From contig JBIPSI010000005.1 of assembly GCA_044070495.1 (NCBI GenBank), positions 115,565 through 179,564 on the forward strand: a DNA stretch of 64,000 nucleotides, written 5' to 3'. A model generated the notes under the pieces. That model was not told the DNA's origin and did not search any database. It was given only the letters and a program-made list of their open reading frames with translations. Positions 36,584 to 45,577 of this stretch are shown piece after piece. Source of the stretch: Spirulina sp. GTDB lineage: Bacteria > Cyanobacteriota > Cyanobacteriia > Phormidesmidales > Phormidesmidaceae. The stretch's first letter is position 1; each line of letters begins with the position of its first letter. A program made the position numbers and the translations under genes.

Positions 36584-39148
36584 CTAGGCGTCCCCCATGA
36601 CTGGGGCTTCGGCGGGGGAGACACCTCTGAGGGTCTGAAGGAGAGCCTTAATGCGATGGCTCTGCTGAACATCCAGCACCTTGGGAAAGCTGAGATCGAG
36701 GGTGGTGGTAGTGGGTTCAGAATGGATGGCATCGAGTTGAGCCACGAGTCTCACCACGTCTTGATCCTCGGTGTGTACCATCAAGCCCACGGGTTCTCCT
36801 TTGCCAAAGATTTCAGGGTGTAGGACAAGGCCATGATCCTGGGCAACGACCACCTGCATCCTCCGGCTATTCAGAGCGAAGGCCATGGCATCCAGGTAAT
36901 GGCCCTGGCTGTAGATTTGGGTGTATGCCTTCACAGTTTTGTAGACGGGCTGGGCCTCGGAGGGTTTGGTGTCACGGAAGGCCCGCAGCAAACTGGTCAT
37001 CAGGAAGCGAATGGATTCTAGGGGCTTATCGGCATTGTTGCGCGTTTGGGAGTACCACTGGCTAACGTCGGAGAAGATCACGAGCATCAGATCGTCCTGC
37101 TGAGCCTGGGTCATGTCCTCGAAGGTGACGGTAATGGCGACCTCTTGGTCATTACGAGGGTTCACCCGCAGCACCCGCCCCTGGAGGAAGACGCGGCTAG
37201 TGGTGTCGCCGTGGATCTCCACATCCACCGTATCCGGTAGGTTTGGCCAGTCGGTGAGCAGAATTTGGGCTCCGGTTTCACTAATGTCGATGGTGCTGCC
37301 ATGGAAGGTGCTGTTGCCGGAAAATACCGTGACCCGAAGCTGGCGGTTGAGGCGGTGGGACTGACGCAGTTGGGGCTGCTCTAGGGCCACCAGAATGGCG
37401 GCAGACAGCAATACCAGGTTAACCACGCACCAGGTGGCATTAATCCACACGGCATCGGCATCTTGGAGTTCGGTAATCAGCCAGTAGGGCACTAAAATCA
37501 GGGAAACTAGGCTGAGAATGCCGATAATCACCAGCAGGCGCACCGAGGCCCAGTCGAAGTCGCGCTTGGTGACCTGTAAGCCCTTATCTGTCACGTTGAA
37601 GCTGCCCATTTTGGGGTTTACCAGGGCCATAAAGGTGACGATGCCATCCTGGAAGGCCATGGAATACTCAAAGATTTCGTTCCAGAAGGAGAACCGCACC
37701 CCCTTTTGGATGATGTAGTTGGCGTTGAGGGCCAGCAGAATCGAGGGTAGGGCATAGGTTAGAGTTTCCACGCCTAGCCCACGTACCAGGTTGACGCCAA
37801 ACATCAAAAAGGCGATGGGGGCAATGGCATACATCAGGCGCGGAAAGCCAAAGAAGAAGTGGGTGGTGGCGGAGGTGTAGCAAATCCGCTGGGGAATGGT
37901 GAGTTTGCGGTTAAACAGGGGCCATTCTAGGCGCAAAATTTGGGCCATGCCCCGCGCCCAGCGCACCTGCTGCCCCACGTAGGAGGAAAACTTTTCGGGG
38001 GCTAGCCCAGCCACCATGATTTTGTCGTAGTAGACGGTTTCGTAGCCCTTGGAGTGTAACCGCAGAGAGGTATGACAGTCTTCGGTGACGGTTTCGACCG
38101 CAATGCCGCCCACCTCTAGCAGGTGCTTTTTGCGGACAATGGCGGCAGATCCGCAGAAGAAGGAGGCATTCCAGAAGTCGTTGCCCTTTTGCAGCACCTT
38201 GTAGAACAACTCGTTGCCCACGGGCACCTTGCCCTGGGTCAGCAGGTTGCGCTCAAAGGGGTCGGGGTTGTAGAACCAGTGGGGCGTTTGGACGAGGGAC
38301 ACCTTGGGATTGAGGAAAAATCCGACGGTTTCCTTCAAAATGTTGCGGGTGGGGATGTGGTCGCAGTCGAGGATCAGCACCAGGTCGCCGGGGGTGCGGT
38401 TGAGGGCGCTGTTGATGTTGCCCGCCTTGGCGTGGTTGTTGTCGCCTCGGGTCACCAGTTCACAGTCGATCTCTTCACACATCTGCCGCAGTTTGGCCCG
38501 CCGTTCGGGGTATTTCCGACCATCGTCGAGCACGTAGATGTTCTTTTTACCCGCCGGATAGTCGATGACGAGGGCGGCCAGGGCAGTTTTGCGGACGATC
38601 TCGATATCTTCGTTGTAGGTCGGGATATAGACATCCACCTGGGGCCACTGATCGAGAGGCACTCGATCCATGCTGACCGACCGACGGTGCTTGAGTTTGA
38701 GGGTTTGGAAGTAGGCCAAAATCAGCGTGCCAATGGCGTAAAGCTCAGCGGCATAGAGCAGCAGACTGAAGGTGGTGTTGACCCAGCCGTCGAAATTCAG
38801 GGTGTTGAGGGTGCGGTAGTAGAGGTAGCGCAGGGTGACGACAATGCTGAGCCACATCAGCACGAGGTGAATCTGTTCGCTGGTGCGCTCATGTTGCTGA
38901 CGCTGCTCTAACTTGACCAAAAACCAACCCATGGCAATCAGCAACACCGCTAAAATGCCCTGCTGCCGCAAAGAGAGCGGCGTCACAATCAGGGGCAGGG
39001 AGAGGAAAAGGGCAACCGCCATCAGCCACAACAGGTTGCGCTGGCCTCGGTTGCCAAAGGTGGCTTCTAGCCAAATAGGCAGGCCGTCAATGAGCCGGAC
39101 GAGCCACGGGCCGGAACGGGGATCGGTGGGCGTGGATAGGTTACTCAT
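36584..39148 (-). CDS. bcsA: Cellulose synthase catalytic subunit with PilZ domain
   Basis: DDG, HAKAGN, DCD, QTPH, FFCGS, TED and QQVRW (QxxRW); PilZ motifs RQSHR and DISETG. Confidence 0.95.
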   Translation of the reverse strand: MSNLSTPTDPRSGPWLVRLIDGLPIWLEATFGNRGQRNLLWLMAVALFLSLPLIVTPLSLRQQGILAVLLIAMGWFLVKLEQRQQHERTSEQIHLVLMWLSIVVTLRYLYYRTLNTLNFDGWVNTTFSLLLYAAELYAIGTLILAYFQTLKLKHRRSVSMDRVPLDQWPQVDVYIPTYNEDIEIVRKTALAALVIDYPAGKKNIYVLDDGRKYPERRAKLRQMCEEIDCELVTRGDNNHAKAGNINSALNRTPGDLVLILDCDHIPTRNILKETVGFFLNPKVSLVQTPHWFYNPDPFERNLLTQGKVPVGNELFYKVLQKGNDFWNASFFCGSAAIVRKKHLLEVGGIAVETVTEDCHTSLRLHSKGYETVYYDKIMVAGLAPEKFSSYVGQQVRWARGMAQILRLEWPLFNRKLTIPQRICYTSATTHFFFGFPRLMYAIAPIAFLMFGVNLVRGLGVETLTYALPSILLALNANYIIQKGVRFSFWNEIFEYSMAFQDGIVTFMALVNPKMGSFNVTDKGLQVTKRDFDWASVRLLVIIGILSLVSLILVPYWLITELQDADAVWINATWCVVNLVLLSAAILVALEQPQLRQSHRLNRQLRVTVFSGNSTFHGSTIDISETGAQILLTDWPNLPDTVDVEIHGDTTSRVFLQGRVLRVNPRNDQEVAITVTFEDMTQAQQDDLMLVIFSDVSQWYSQTRNNADKPLESIRFLMTSLLRAFRDTKPSEAQPVYKTVKAYTQIYSQGHYLDAMAFALNSRRMQVVVAQDHGLVLHPEIFGKGEPVGLMVHTEDQDVVRLVAQLDAIHSEPTTTTLDLSFPKVLDVQQSHRIKALLQTLRGVSPAEAPVMGDA

Positions 39149-41700
39149 TGGCTTCCCTCAGGACGACTTAGGCGATTGAGATACAGTTGCGACAGGCCGT
39201 AGAGCAGCAGCACTAGGGCCACTAGGCCACCGGGCAAGAGGAACCAGTTACGCTGCATAAAGGTGACGATACGCCCCCCTAGGCTGCGGCGATCCAGGGT
39301 TTGCGGGGGGCGCTGGCTTAGGGCGACCACCTGGTAGTCGGTTTGGTTGTAGACCGAGGGATTGGGGGTGGTGCGCTGCACGATCACCGTGTCCCCGTTG
39401 AGCCTGGCAAAGAGAGCATCTTGCTGAAACATCTGCTGAATTTCGCCCAAGCCCGCCGTAGTTTGGGCCGATAGCCCTAGCAGCATCCGTTCTCGGTTCC
39501 AGGGCGATGCCTGGGCCTGAATCACCCCCGCCTGATCCGGCAGGGTTTGGAACTGGCTTTGGTTGTTTTGGCGAGACAATTGCTCCCCTAGGCTAAACCC
39601 CTCCACCGCTTGGAAAACCTCTGGGATGGGGAAGTTATCCCGCAGGCCAATGCCGACCAAGTTGCGTTCCCGCGCTTCGTTGGGGATGGTATCGGCGGTG
39701 TAGGCTCCCAGTTTGACCGATTGCCCTCGGCTCAGCCGCCCCATACGATCACTGACCGCCAGCATGGTGGCTACGTCGCTTTCCGAGGGTTGGTTGGGTA
39801 AAGCCAGGGCCAGGTCGGATAAATCCTGGGGGGCTACCAGGGGAAACCCGGTTTTTAGGTTGTTCAGGTCAGTGAGTTGGATGATGTTTGAGCGATTGAG
39901 ATTCAGGGCGCTGTTGCCATGTACCGATCCCCACATGGGCTGATCCGGCAGCACACCGCAGCTAATCGGGCTGTCGGGGAAGGTATAGAACTGCATCGCC
40001 AGCACCGAATTGGGTGTCACCAGTTCCGGGGGAACCGTCACCGTCACCGAGTCGTTGCCGCCATTGCGAGACCGCAGCCGTTCGCCGCCAATCCCCTGGC
40101 CATCGAGCATAATCGAAACGGACGACCGCTTGGGGTCAATGCCGGGGCTATAGCTATAGCGCAGGGTGAAGGTGCTACCCCGCAACACCTGTTCATTGGG
40201 CAGAATCCGCAGGGGAATTTCCACCGGCGGTGGCACCGGCGAACCGTTCACCGTTACATCCTGGAACAGTTGATTCGGCGCGATTTCCAGATCGCTCAAC
40301 CGCAGCCGCTTAACGCCCTCTGGCAGATACCCAGGCCAGTCCATGGGTGCAGGGGCAGACACCTCCGCCACGGCATTGACCAGGGCCGCTTGCCCCGTTA
40401 GCAACTGTTGGTCGGCGGGTTGGGCCAGGGCTTGGGTCGCCTTGAGCACTGCTGGGGAGTCGTTACCCGTGATCACTAGCACCGGGGTCGATCCGTTGGG
40501 CGTGGTGGTCAGCATCAACACCCCAACCCCGTTGGGCAAGGGATTACCGTTGCCATCCAGCACTTGGTTATTCTCAATGGCGAAGGGGAGGGTTAACTCC
40601 GCCAGGGCGGGCTGCTGGGCCGGGGTGCCGATCACCACGAGGCGCTGCCCCTCCGCCACCTGATTGAGTTGTTTGACGAGCCGAGTTTGAATCGCCCTAC
40701 CGTTGCTGAGCCGACTGGCCGCCGCCTGATAGCGACCGCTGGCCGTTAGCCAGGGAGTATCGACGGTGTTGGGTAGCAGGTAGGTAAGGCGATCTGGATC
40801 CAGGCCCAGGCGATCTAAGAAGGGGTAGGGATAATTCGACAAATCCAGGGCAATGGCCTGGGGCCGATAATCCAAGATCACCTTGGAATCCGGCAGAATT
40901 TCCGTCCACAGCGTTGGGTCGGTGGGATCGGTGCAGGTGGGTGAGGTGTGCTGTTGCACCTCCATAATCACATTGTTGAAGTCCTGGATCAGGTCAGTCG
41001 GGATGTTAAAGGCCACATTGCCAATCGCCTCATCTTCGCGGTTGAGGGGCACGCTGCCCAGGTGGCGATTATTGAAGCGCACCGTGAGGTTAGAACGGTT
41101 GGCGTAGAGGGCGGGGGAATGGCGAAAACGGATAATCACCTTGGCCGACTCCACCTGCCAATGGCGGGGGCGGGTAAACCCAATCCGAGCCTGGGAGAGG
41201 ACCCCCTGCATTTGCAGCGCGTTGCCCACCACCGGAGAACGGTTGAATTGCAGCACATACTGGCTTTGGGGGCCCGCTAATGCCGGGGGAGTCGCCTCTG
41301 GATCGGGAGTTTCGGGTGGATTCGCCGGAGCGTTAGCTGGGGGATCCGCCGGGGGAGGGCCGCTGGGATTGGGGGGCGTGGGAGCAGGTTGACTATTGGA
41401 TCCTGGGCGAGATGCAGGGGGGCTAGCCGGACGGGCGGGGGCCGGAGCCGCAGGGCGGGGGGCTGGACGAACCACGGGGGCCGGGGGTGTGGTTCGGGGT
41501 AGGGAATGCTGCTGAATCACGGCATCCTCCTGCTGCTCCACGGCATTGCCGGACTGCGCGTGGGACGGACTTAATCCGCTCAATCCTAGGATCACCGCAC
41601 ATCCAAGGCCCAGGATGACAAGCCCCAGGCTACGCCACCGCCCTAGTCGCCGGAGGAAAGACATTCGTTTATCTAATTTGTTTAAGGTAGTACGCATCAC
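39145..41700 (-). CDS. bcsB: Cellulose synthase periplasmic subunit BcsB-like
   Basis: Signal peptide, C...DP.LWTEI and YPYPF motifs, single C-terminal TM helix; overlaps the bcsA start by 4 nt. Confidence 0.85.
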   Translation of the reverse strand: MMRTTLNKLDKRMSFLRRLGRWRSLGLVILGLGCAVILGLSGLSPSHAQSGNAVEQQEDAVIQQHSLPRTTPPAPVVRPAPRPAAPAPARPASPPASRPGSNSQPAPTPPNPSGPPPADPPANAPANPPETPDPEATPPALAGPQSQYVLQFNRSPVVGNALQMQGVLSQARIGFTRPRHWQVESAKVIIRFRHSPALYANRSNLTVRFNNRHLGSVPLNREDEAIGNVAFNIPTDLIQDFNNVIMEVQQHTSPTCTDPTDPTLWTEILPDSKVILDYRPQAIALDLSNYPYPFLDRLGLDPDRLTYLLPNTVDTPWLTASGRYQAAASRLSNGRAIQTRLVKQLNQVAEGQRLVVIGTPAQQPALAELTLPFAIENNQVLDGNGNPLPNGVGVLMLTTTPNGSTPVLVITGNDSPAVLKATQALAQPADQQLLTGQAALVNAVAEVSAPAPMDWPGYLPEGVKRLRLSDLEIAPNQLFQDVTVNGSPVPPPVEIPLRILPNEQVLRGSTFTLRYSYSPGIDPKRSSVSIMLDGQGIGGERLRSRNGGNDSVTVTVPPELVTPNSVLAMQFYTFPDSPISCGVLPDQPMWGSVHGNSALNLNRSNIIQLTDLNNLKTGFPLVAPQDLSDLALALPNQPSESDVATMLAVSDRMGRLSRGQSVKLGAYTADTIPNEARERNLVGIGLRDNFPIPEVFQAVEGFSLGEQLSRQNNQSQFQTLPDQAGVIQAQASPWNRERMLLGLSAQTTAGLGEIQQMFQQDALFARLNGDTVIVQRTTPNPSVYNQTDYQVVALSQRPPQTLDRRSLGGRIVTFMQRNWFLLPGGLVALVLLLYGLSQLYLNRLSRPEGSQ

Positions 41701-41796
41701 GTATCCATTACGTATAGGTCATGCCTAAGATCCCAGGATGCTCCCGTTATCTGGGCCTGGAGTTGAGGGTAGGCAGGGGAAGTATGGCTAGCGCTG

Positions 41797-43143
41797 TCAC
41801 GGCTGCTCCAATTCTTGTAACCACTCAACAGCTAAGGATTCCGGAGGAAAAAGCCCTAACCAGGCTAAGTTTTGAACATAGTAGGCATTGGCGTTGTCCC
41901 AAATTCCGTTGCGGTAGGCAGGCATAATTTTTTGCTGATACAACTCCGTGGCCACCGAGGGCTGGGTTTGGGCAAAGGCAGCGTACAGCATGGCGTACTG
42001 GCCCGTTGCGTCGTAATCAACCAGGGGATCCCCCGCCAGGGACAACACTGCTGGGATGCGCTGATCCTGCTGCCAAAGCTGCTCCAGGAAGACCAGGTTC
42101 TCGGTCAAAAAGGCCGTGGCCCTAGGCTCCTGAAACCAGGCTGCATCCCAGGCAATGCGCCACCACACGCGATGGGCATCAAACCCGTACTGACTTCTCA
42201 GGGTGGCCGCTTGGGGAGTCTCCTCCAAGGTCTGAGAAGTCATATCTAAAAGTACCCAATCCCCTGGCAAACCGCTCACGGATAGCACAGAAACTTGATC
42301 AAGCACTCGGTAGCTGCTTTCCACCAGGGCCAGCCAGTCGTGCTCTGGGTCTACCTGGGCGAAGAGGCGAAAGGCGTAGGGGGCCAAGTAGGAGGGGTTG
42401 AGGTAGATCGCTCCTGGCCTCGGTTGGAAGGCGGATAGCGGCCCCGGCAAGAGGTAGCGGGCACCATCTCCCGCCAGGGGCAGGGTAGACTGCACCCACA
42501 GATCCGCCAACTTCAGCCGCGCCAGCTCCAGATAGTCCGGTCTCTGCCACCGTCGGGAGGCTAAAATCAGCGCGGTAATGGCATCGATGTCGGCATCACT
42601 AGCAAAGTTGGCATCCAAAATCTGCCAGCGTCCGTCGGTGGCCCGTCCCCACTTCCAGGCCCACAGGTGATCCATGCCATCGGCATCGTTGGCGCTGCTG
42701 GGTCGCCGCAGATTGTCCTCCGCCCAGCGCAGGGTGAGGTCAAAGGTTTCTGGATCATCCGCCAGCACCGCCCGCAGCATGGCATAGGCTTGGCCCTCGG
42801 AGACGGTGCGCCCCCCATCTTCCCAGTCAATCACCCGTCCATCGGACTGAATAAACCGCTGCCGATAGGCCTGCCAGCTTTCCGCCAATAGCTCAGCGCG
42901 GTCTAGGGTGGTGGGGTCTGTGCCTGTCCCTAGCCACAGGGCGGGGATGAGGTTAATCCCCCTAAAGGTGAGGGGTTGAAAGGGTACAGGATCGGGGCGA
43001 TTCCAGCGACAACCGCCGATCCCTAGGATCAGCAGAGCGGGGAGGACAGCGAGGGCCGATAGACGTCGTACGGGAAAAGGGGGAGGCATAACCCACAAAG
43101 CTTTGGCTAGACGGTACAGACGATAGGTCGGGGATGGGATCAA
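41797..43143 (-). CDS. bcsZ: Glycoside hydrolase family 8 endoglucanase
   Basis: TVSEGQAYAMLRA, ASDAD, NPSY and DAHRV GH8 motifs; possible lipobox IGGC. Confidence 0.92.
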   Translation of the reverse strand: MIPSPTYRLYRLAKALWVMPPPFPVRRLSALAVLPALLILGIGGCRWNRPDPVPFQPLTFRGINLIPALWLGTGTDPTTLDRAELLAESWQAYRQRFIQSDGRVIDWEDGGRTVSEGQAYAMLRAVLADDPETFDLTLRWAEDNLRRPSSANDADGMDHLWAWKWGRATDGRWQILDANFASDADIDAITALILASRRWQRPDYLELARLKLADLWVQSTLPLAGDGARYLLPGPLSAFQPRPGAIYLNPSYLAPYAFRLFAQVDPEHDWLALVESSYRVLDQVSVLSVSGLPGDWVLLDMTSQTLEETPQAATLRSQYGFDAHRVWWRIAWDAAWFQEPRATAFLTENLVFLEQLWQQDQRIPAVLSLAGDPLVDYDATGQYAMLYAAFAQTQPSVATELYQQKIMPAYRNGIWDNANAYYVQNLAWLGLFPPESLAVEWLQELEQP

Positions 43144-43144
43144 T

Positions 43145-43200
43145 TGGTGATGGGATAAATCAGTGATGAAGGATCGGTGATGGGATCAATCGGTGATGGA
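43145..43200. repeat. Short tandem (ATC)GGTGATGGGA-like repeats
   Basis: tggtgatgggataaatcagtgatgaaggatcggtgatgggatcaatcggtgatgga. Confidence 0.6.
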
Positions 43201-43236
43201 ATCGCCCTTGACGGCACCCTGAAGCGAGGGCGACTC

Positions 43237-45567
43237 CTAAAAGCGTTCCCAAGTGGGCTGGATGCCACGCTGCATCAACAGACTTTCCTGAATTTGCTGG
43301 ATTTGCTGGTTCACCTGGGGGGTACGAATGCCCTGGGCCTGCTGCTGCCGTTGCCAAGCTTGCAGTTGCGTAATAGCCGCTAGGGGCCTGCCCTGGGCGG
43401 CATTGAGGGCGGCCAAGGAGGTGCGGGCGGTGCTGTTATCCGCATCCAGGGCGAGGGCCTGCTGATACAGTCGCTCGGCCTGGTCGTAGTTGCCCACCTG
43501 AAACTCCAAACCCGCGAGGGCCAGCAGGGCATCGGGGTTGTTGGGCTGGCGTTGCAGCACTGCCCCATAACTCTGACGGGCAAGGTCGTAGTTTTCGGTT
43601 TGCTGGGCCACTTCCCCCAGCACAAAGTACCAATCCAAAACCGCTGGATTGGCCGCGACCAATTGGCTCGCCTGGGCTTCGGCCTGGGTGGGGTTGGTTT
43701 CCGCCAAGACCTGCAAAGCCCGCAGTTGCAGTTGGGGGTTCCCCGCATCCACCGCCAGCAGCGCTTGGTAGGTACCCAGGAGAGAAGCACTGGGCGGCAG
43801 GGCGGTGACCAGGGTAATCAATTCCTGGGGTGGGGTGGTGTTGGCATACTGTTGCAGCCCTTGATTCAGCACCGCCGTGGCCTGGGCTTCGGTGATTAGT
43901 CCGGCCTGGTAGGCCAAGGCCGCCCGCCCTAGGGGATAGGCAAAATTCTGGGGATTGGCGGCAATGAGCTGGTCGTAGAGGGCCAACGCCTCTGGGAATC
44001 GTCCCTGGATTTGATAGACCGCCGCCAACCCCTGGGCCGCCCCTGATCGAATGGCAGGCAGGGTACTACTGCTCAACAATTGCTCGTAGCGCTGCTGGCT
44101 TTGGGCGAAGTTGCCCTCTCGCCGCTCAATGTCCGCTAGAAGTAACTGGGTGGTATCCCCATCGCGACTTCCCGCCGGGGTGGCAGCATAGGTGGAGAGA
44201 GCGATTTGAGCTTCGGCCAAGCGCCCCTGCTGAATCAAAATTTGGGCGATACGGAAGTGGAGAAAGGCTTCCGTGGCTCCACCCGCAACCAGGCTTTGGT
44301 AGAGCGGCAACAATTCCGGCGGCGGCGGATCGAGCCGACTGAGCACTTGCCCCATGGTGCGCACCTGCACCGGGTCGGCGGGTAGGGATGGAAAGCTGCT
44401 GCGAACCTGTTGCACAAAGGCATTGCGGTTGGTTTGCCCGGTTTGGAAGGCCAGGATCTGCTGCTGTAGGGCGAGGCTGCGATCCTCCGGTTGCTCCTGG
44501 GTCAGTTGGTTCACCAGTTGTAGGGCCAGGGGCCGTTGATCGGGCAGGCTGCCCAGGGCAAAGCTGGCCTCGCGGCGAATGCCGGGGGTCACGTTCGTAG
44601 CCGTGGCTAGCACATCCCGATAAAGGGCCGCTGCCTCTTGGTTGTAGATGACCTGCTGGCTATAGTCGCCAATGGCGTTGAGCGCCCGTGCCAGGGTAAG
44701 GCGAGCGTCCCCCCGTCCTCGCAGGGGCTGCACCAATTCTAGGGCCGCCTGAAACTGTCGATTGGCGGCATAGTTGCTGGCTAAGGCTCCCCGCAACCGG
44801 GCCTGTTCTGGGGTAATGGCTCGCCCGGTGATGGGGCCGAGTTCCCGCTCCAATATCTGGATCGCCGCCGACAACTGGCCGCTTTCCCGCAGGGCTTGGG
44901 CATAGGCAATCGCTCGATCCCCGGCAATCACACCCCGCGCTGCCCGATAGCGATCAAACAGGGCGAGGCCCGTGGCGTAGTCGCCGCTGAAGGTGTGGGC
45001 CTCCGCCGATGGCCCCACAATGTTGGGGTCGGAGGTTCTTGGCAGCACCAGGGCGTAGTCGGCCAAGGACTGGGAAAATAGCCCCTGGTAATAGTAGAGC
45101 TTGGCCCGCTGAGCCCTAGCATCTAGGTTGTCGGGATCAAGCTGAAGCAGGCGGGTGAGGGCCTGGATCCCCAAGGGCTGCCATTCGGAGCGGAACTCCC
45201 CCAGGAAACCGATGGTGCCCAGGGCAAGGCGGTTATCGGGATCCACCTCCAAAACGCGCTGATAGGTGGCGAGGGCATCGGCATCGCGGCCCGCTCGTCG
45301 ATAGGCAATGCCCAGCCCGATCAGGGCTTCGAGGTCGTTGGGGTTCGCCTGCACCGCCTGTTGGAAGGCCGTGACGGCTTCCCCAACCCGATTTTCGATC
45401 AGTAGACTATAGCCTCGGCTGACGCTAGCGGTCTGGGCAAGGGCTGGCGATCCCCCCAGGAAACCCGCCCAGGGCGGTAGGGTTACGCTTCCCGTTGCCA
45501 GGGTGAGGGCTAGTCCTAGGCTCGATAGGATGCGCCATTGGCTTTGGTTCGGTTGCATCATAGTCAT
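43237..45567 (-). CDS. Exported TPR-repeat protein, BcsC N-terminal-like, without beta-barrel
   Basis: Signal peptide ending ALA-Q; TPR motifs throughout (NPNDLEALIGLG, QPNNPDALLALA); helical to the C-terminus. Confidence 0.85.
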   Translation of the reverse strand: MTMMQPNQSQWRILSSLGLALTLATGSVTLPPWAGFLGGSPALAQTASVSRGYSLLIENRVGEAVTAFQQAVQANPNDLEALIGLGIAYRRAGRDADALATYQRVLEVDPDNRLALGTIGFLGEFRSEWQPLGIQALTRLLQLDPDNLDARAQRAKLYYYQGLFSQSLADYALVLPRTSDPNIVGPSAEAHTFSGDYATGLALFDRYRAARGVIAGDRAIAYAQALRESGQLSAAIQILERELGPITGRAITPEQARLRGALASNYAANRQFQAALELVQPLRGRGDARLTLARALNAIGDYSQQVIYNQEAAALYRDVLATATNVTPGIRREASFALGSLPDQRPLALQLVNQLTQEQPEDRSLALQQQILAFQTGQTNRNAFVQQVRSSFPSLPADPVQVRTMGQVLSRLDPPPPELLPLYQSLVAGGATEAFLHFRIAQILIQQGRLAEAQIALSTYAATPAGSRDGDTTQLLLADIERREGNFAQSQQRYEQLLSSSTLPAIRSGAAQGLAAVYQIQGRFPEALALYDQLIAANPQNFAYPLGRAALAYQAGLITEAQATAVLNQGLQQYANTTPPQELITLVTALPPSASLLGTYQALLAVDAGNPQLQLRALQVLAETNPTQAEAQASQLVAANPAVLDWYFVLGEVAQQTENYDLARQSYGAVLQRQPNNPDALLALAGLEFQVGNYDQAERLYQQALALDADNSTARTSLAALNAAQGRPLAAITQLQAWQRQQQAQGIRTPQVNQQIQQIQESLLMQRGIQPTWERF

Positions 45568-45577
45568 GGCGGATACC

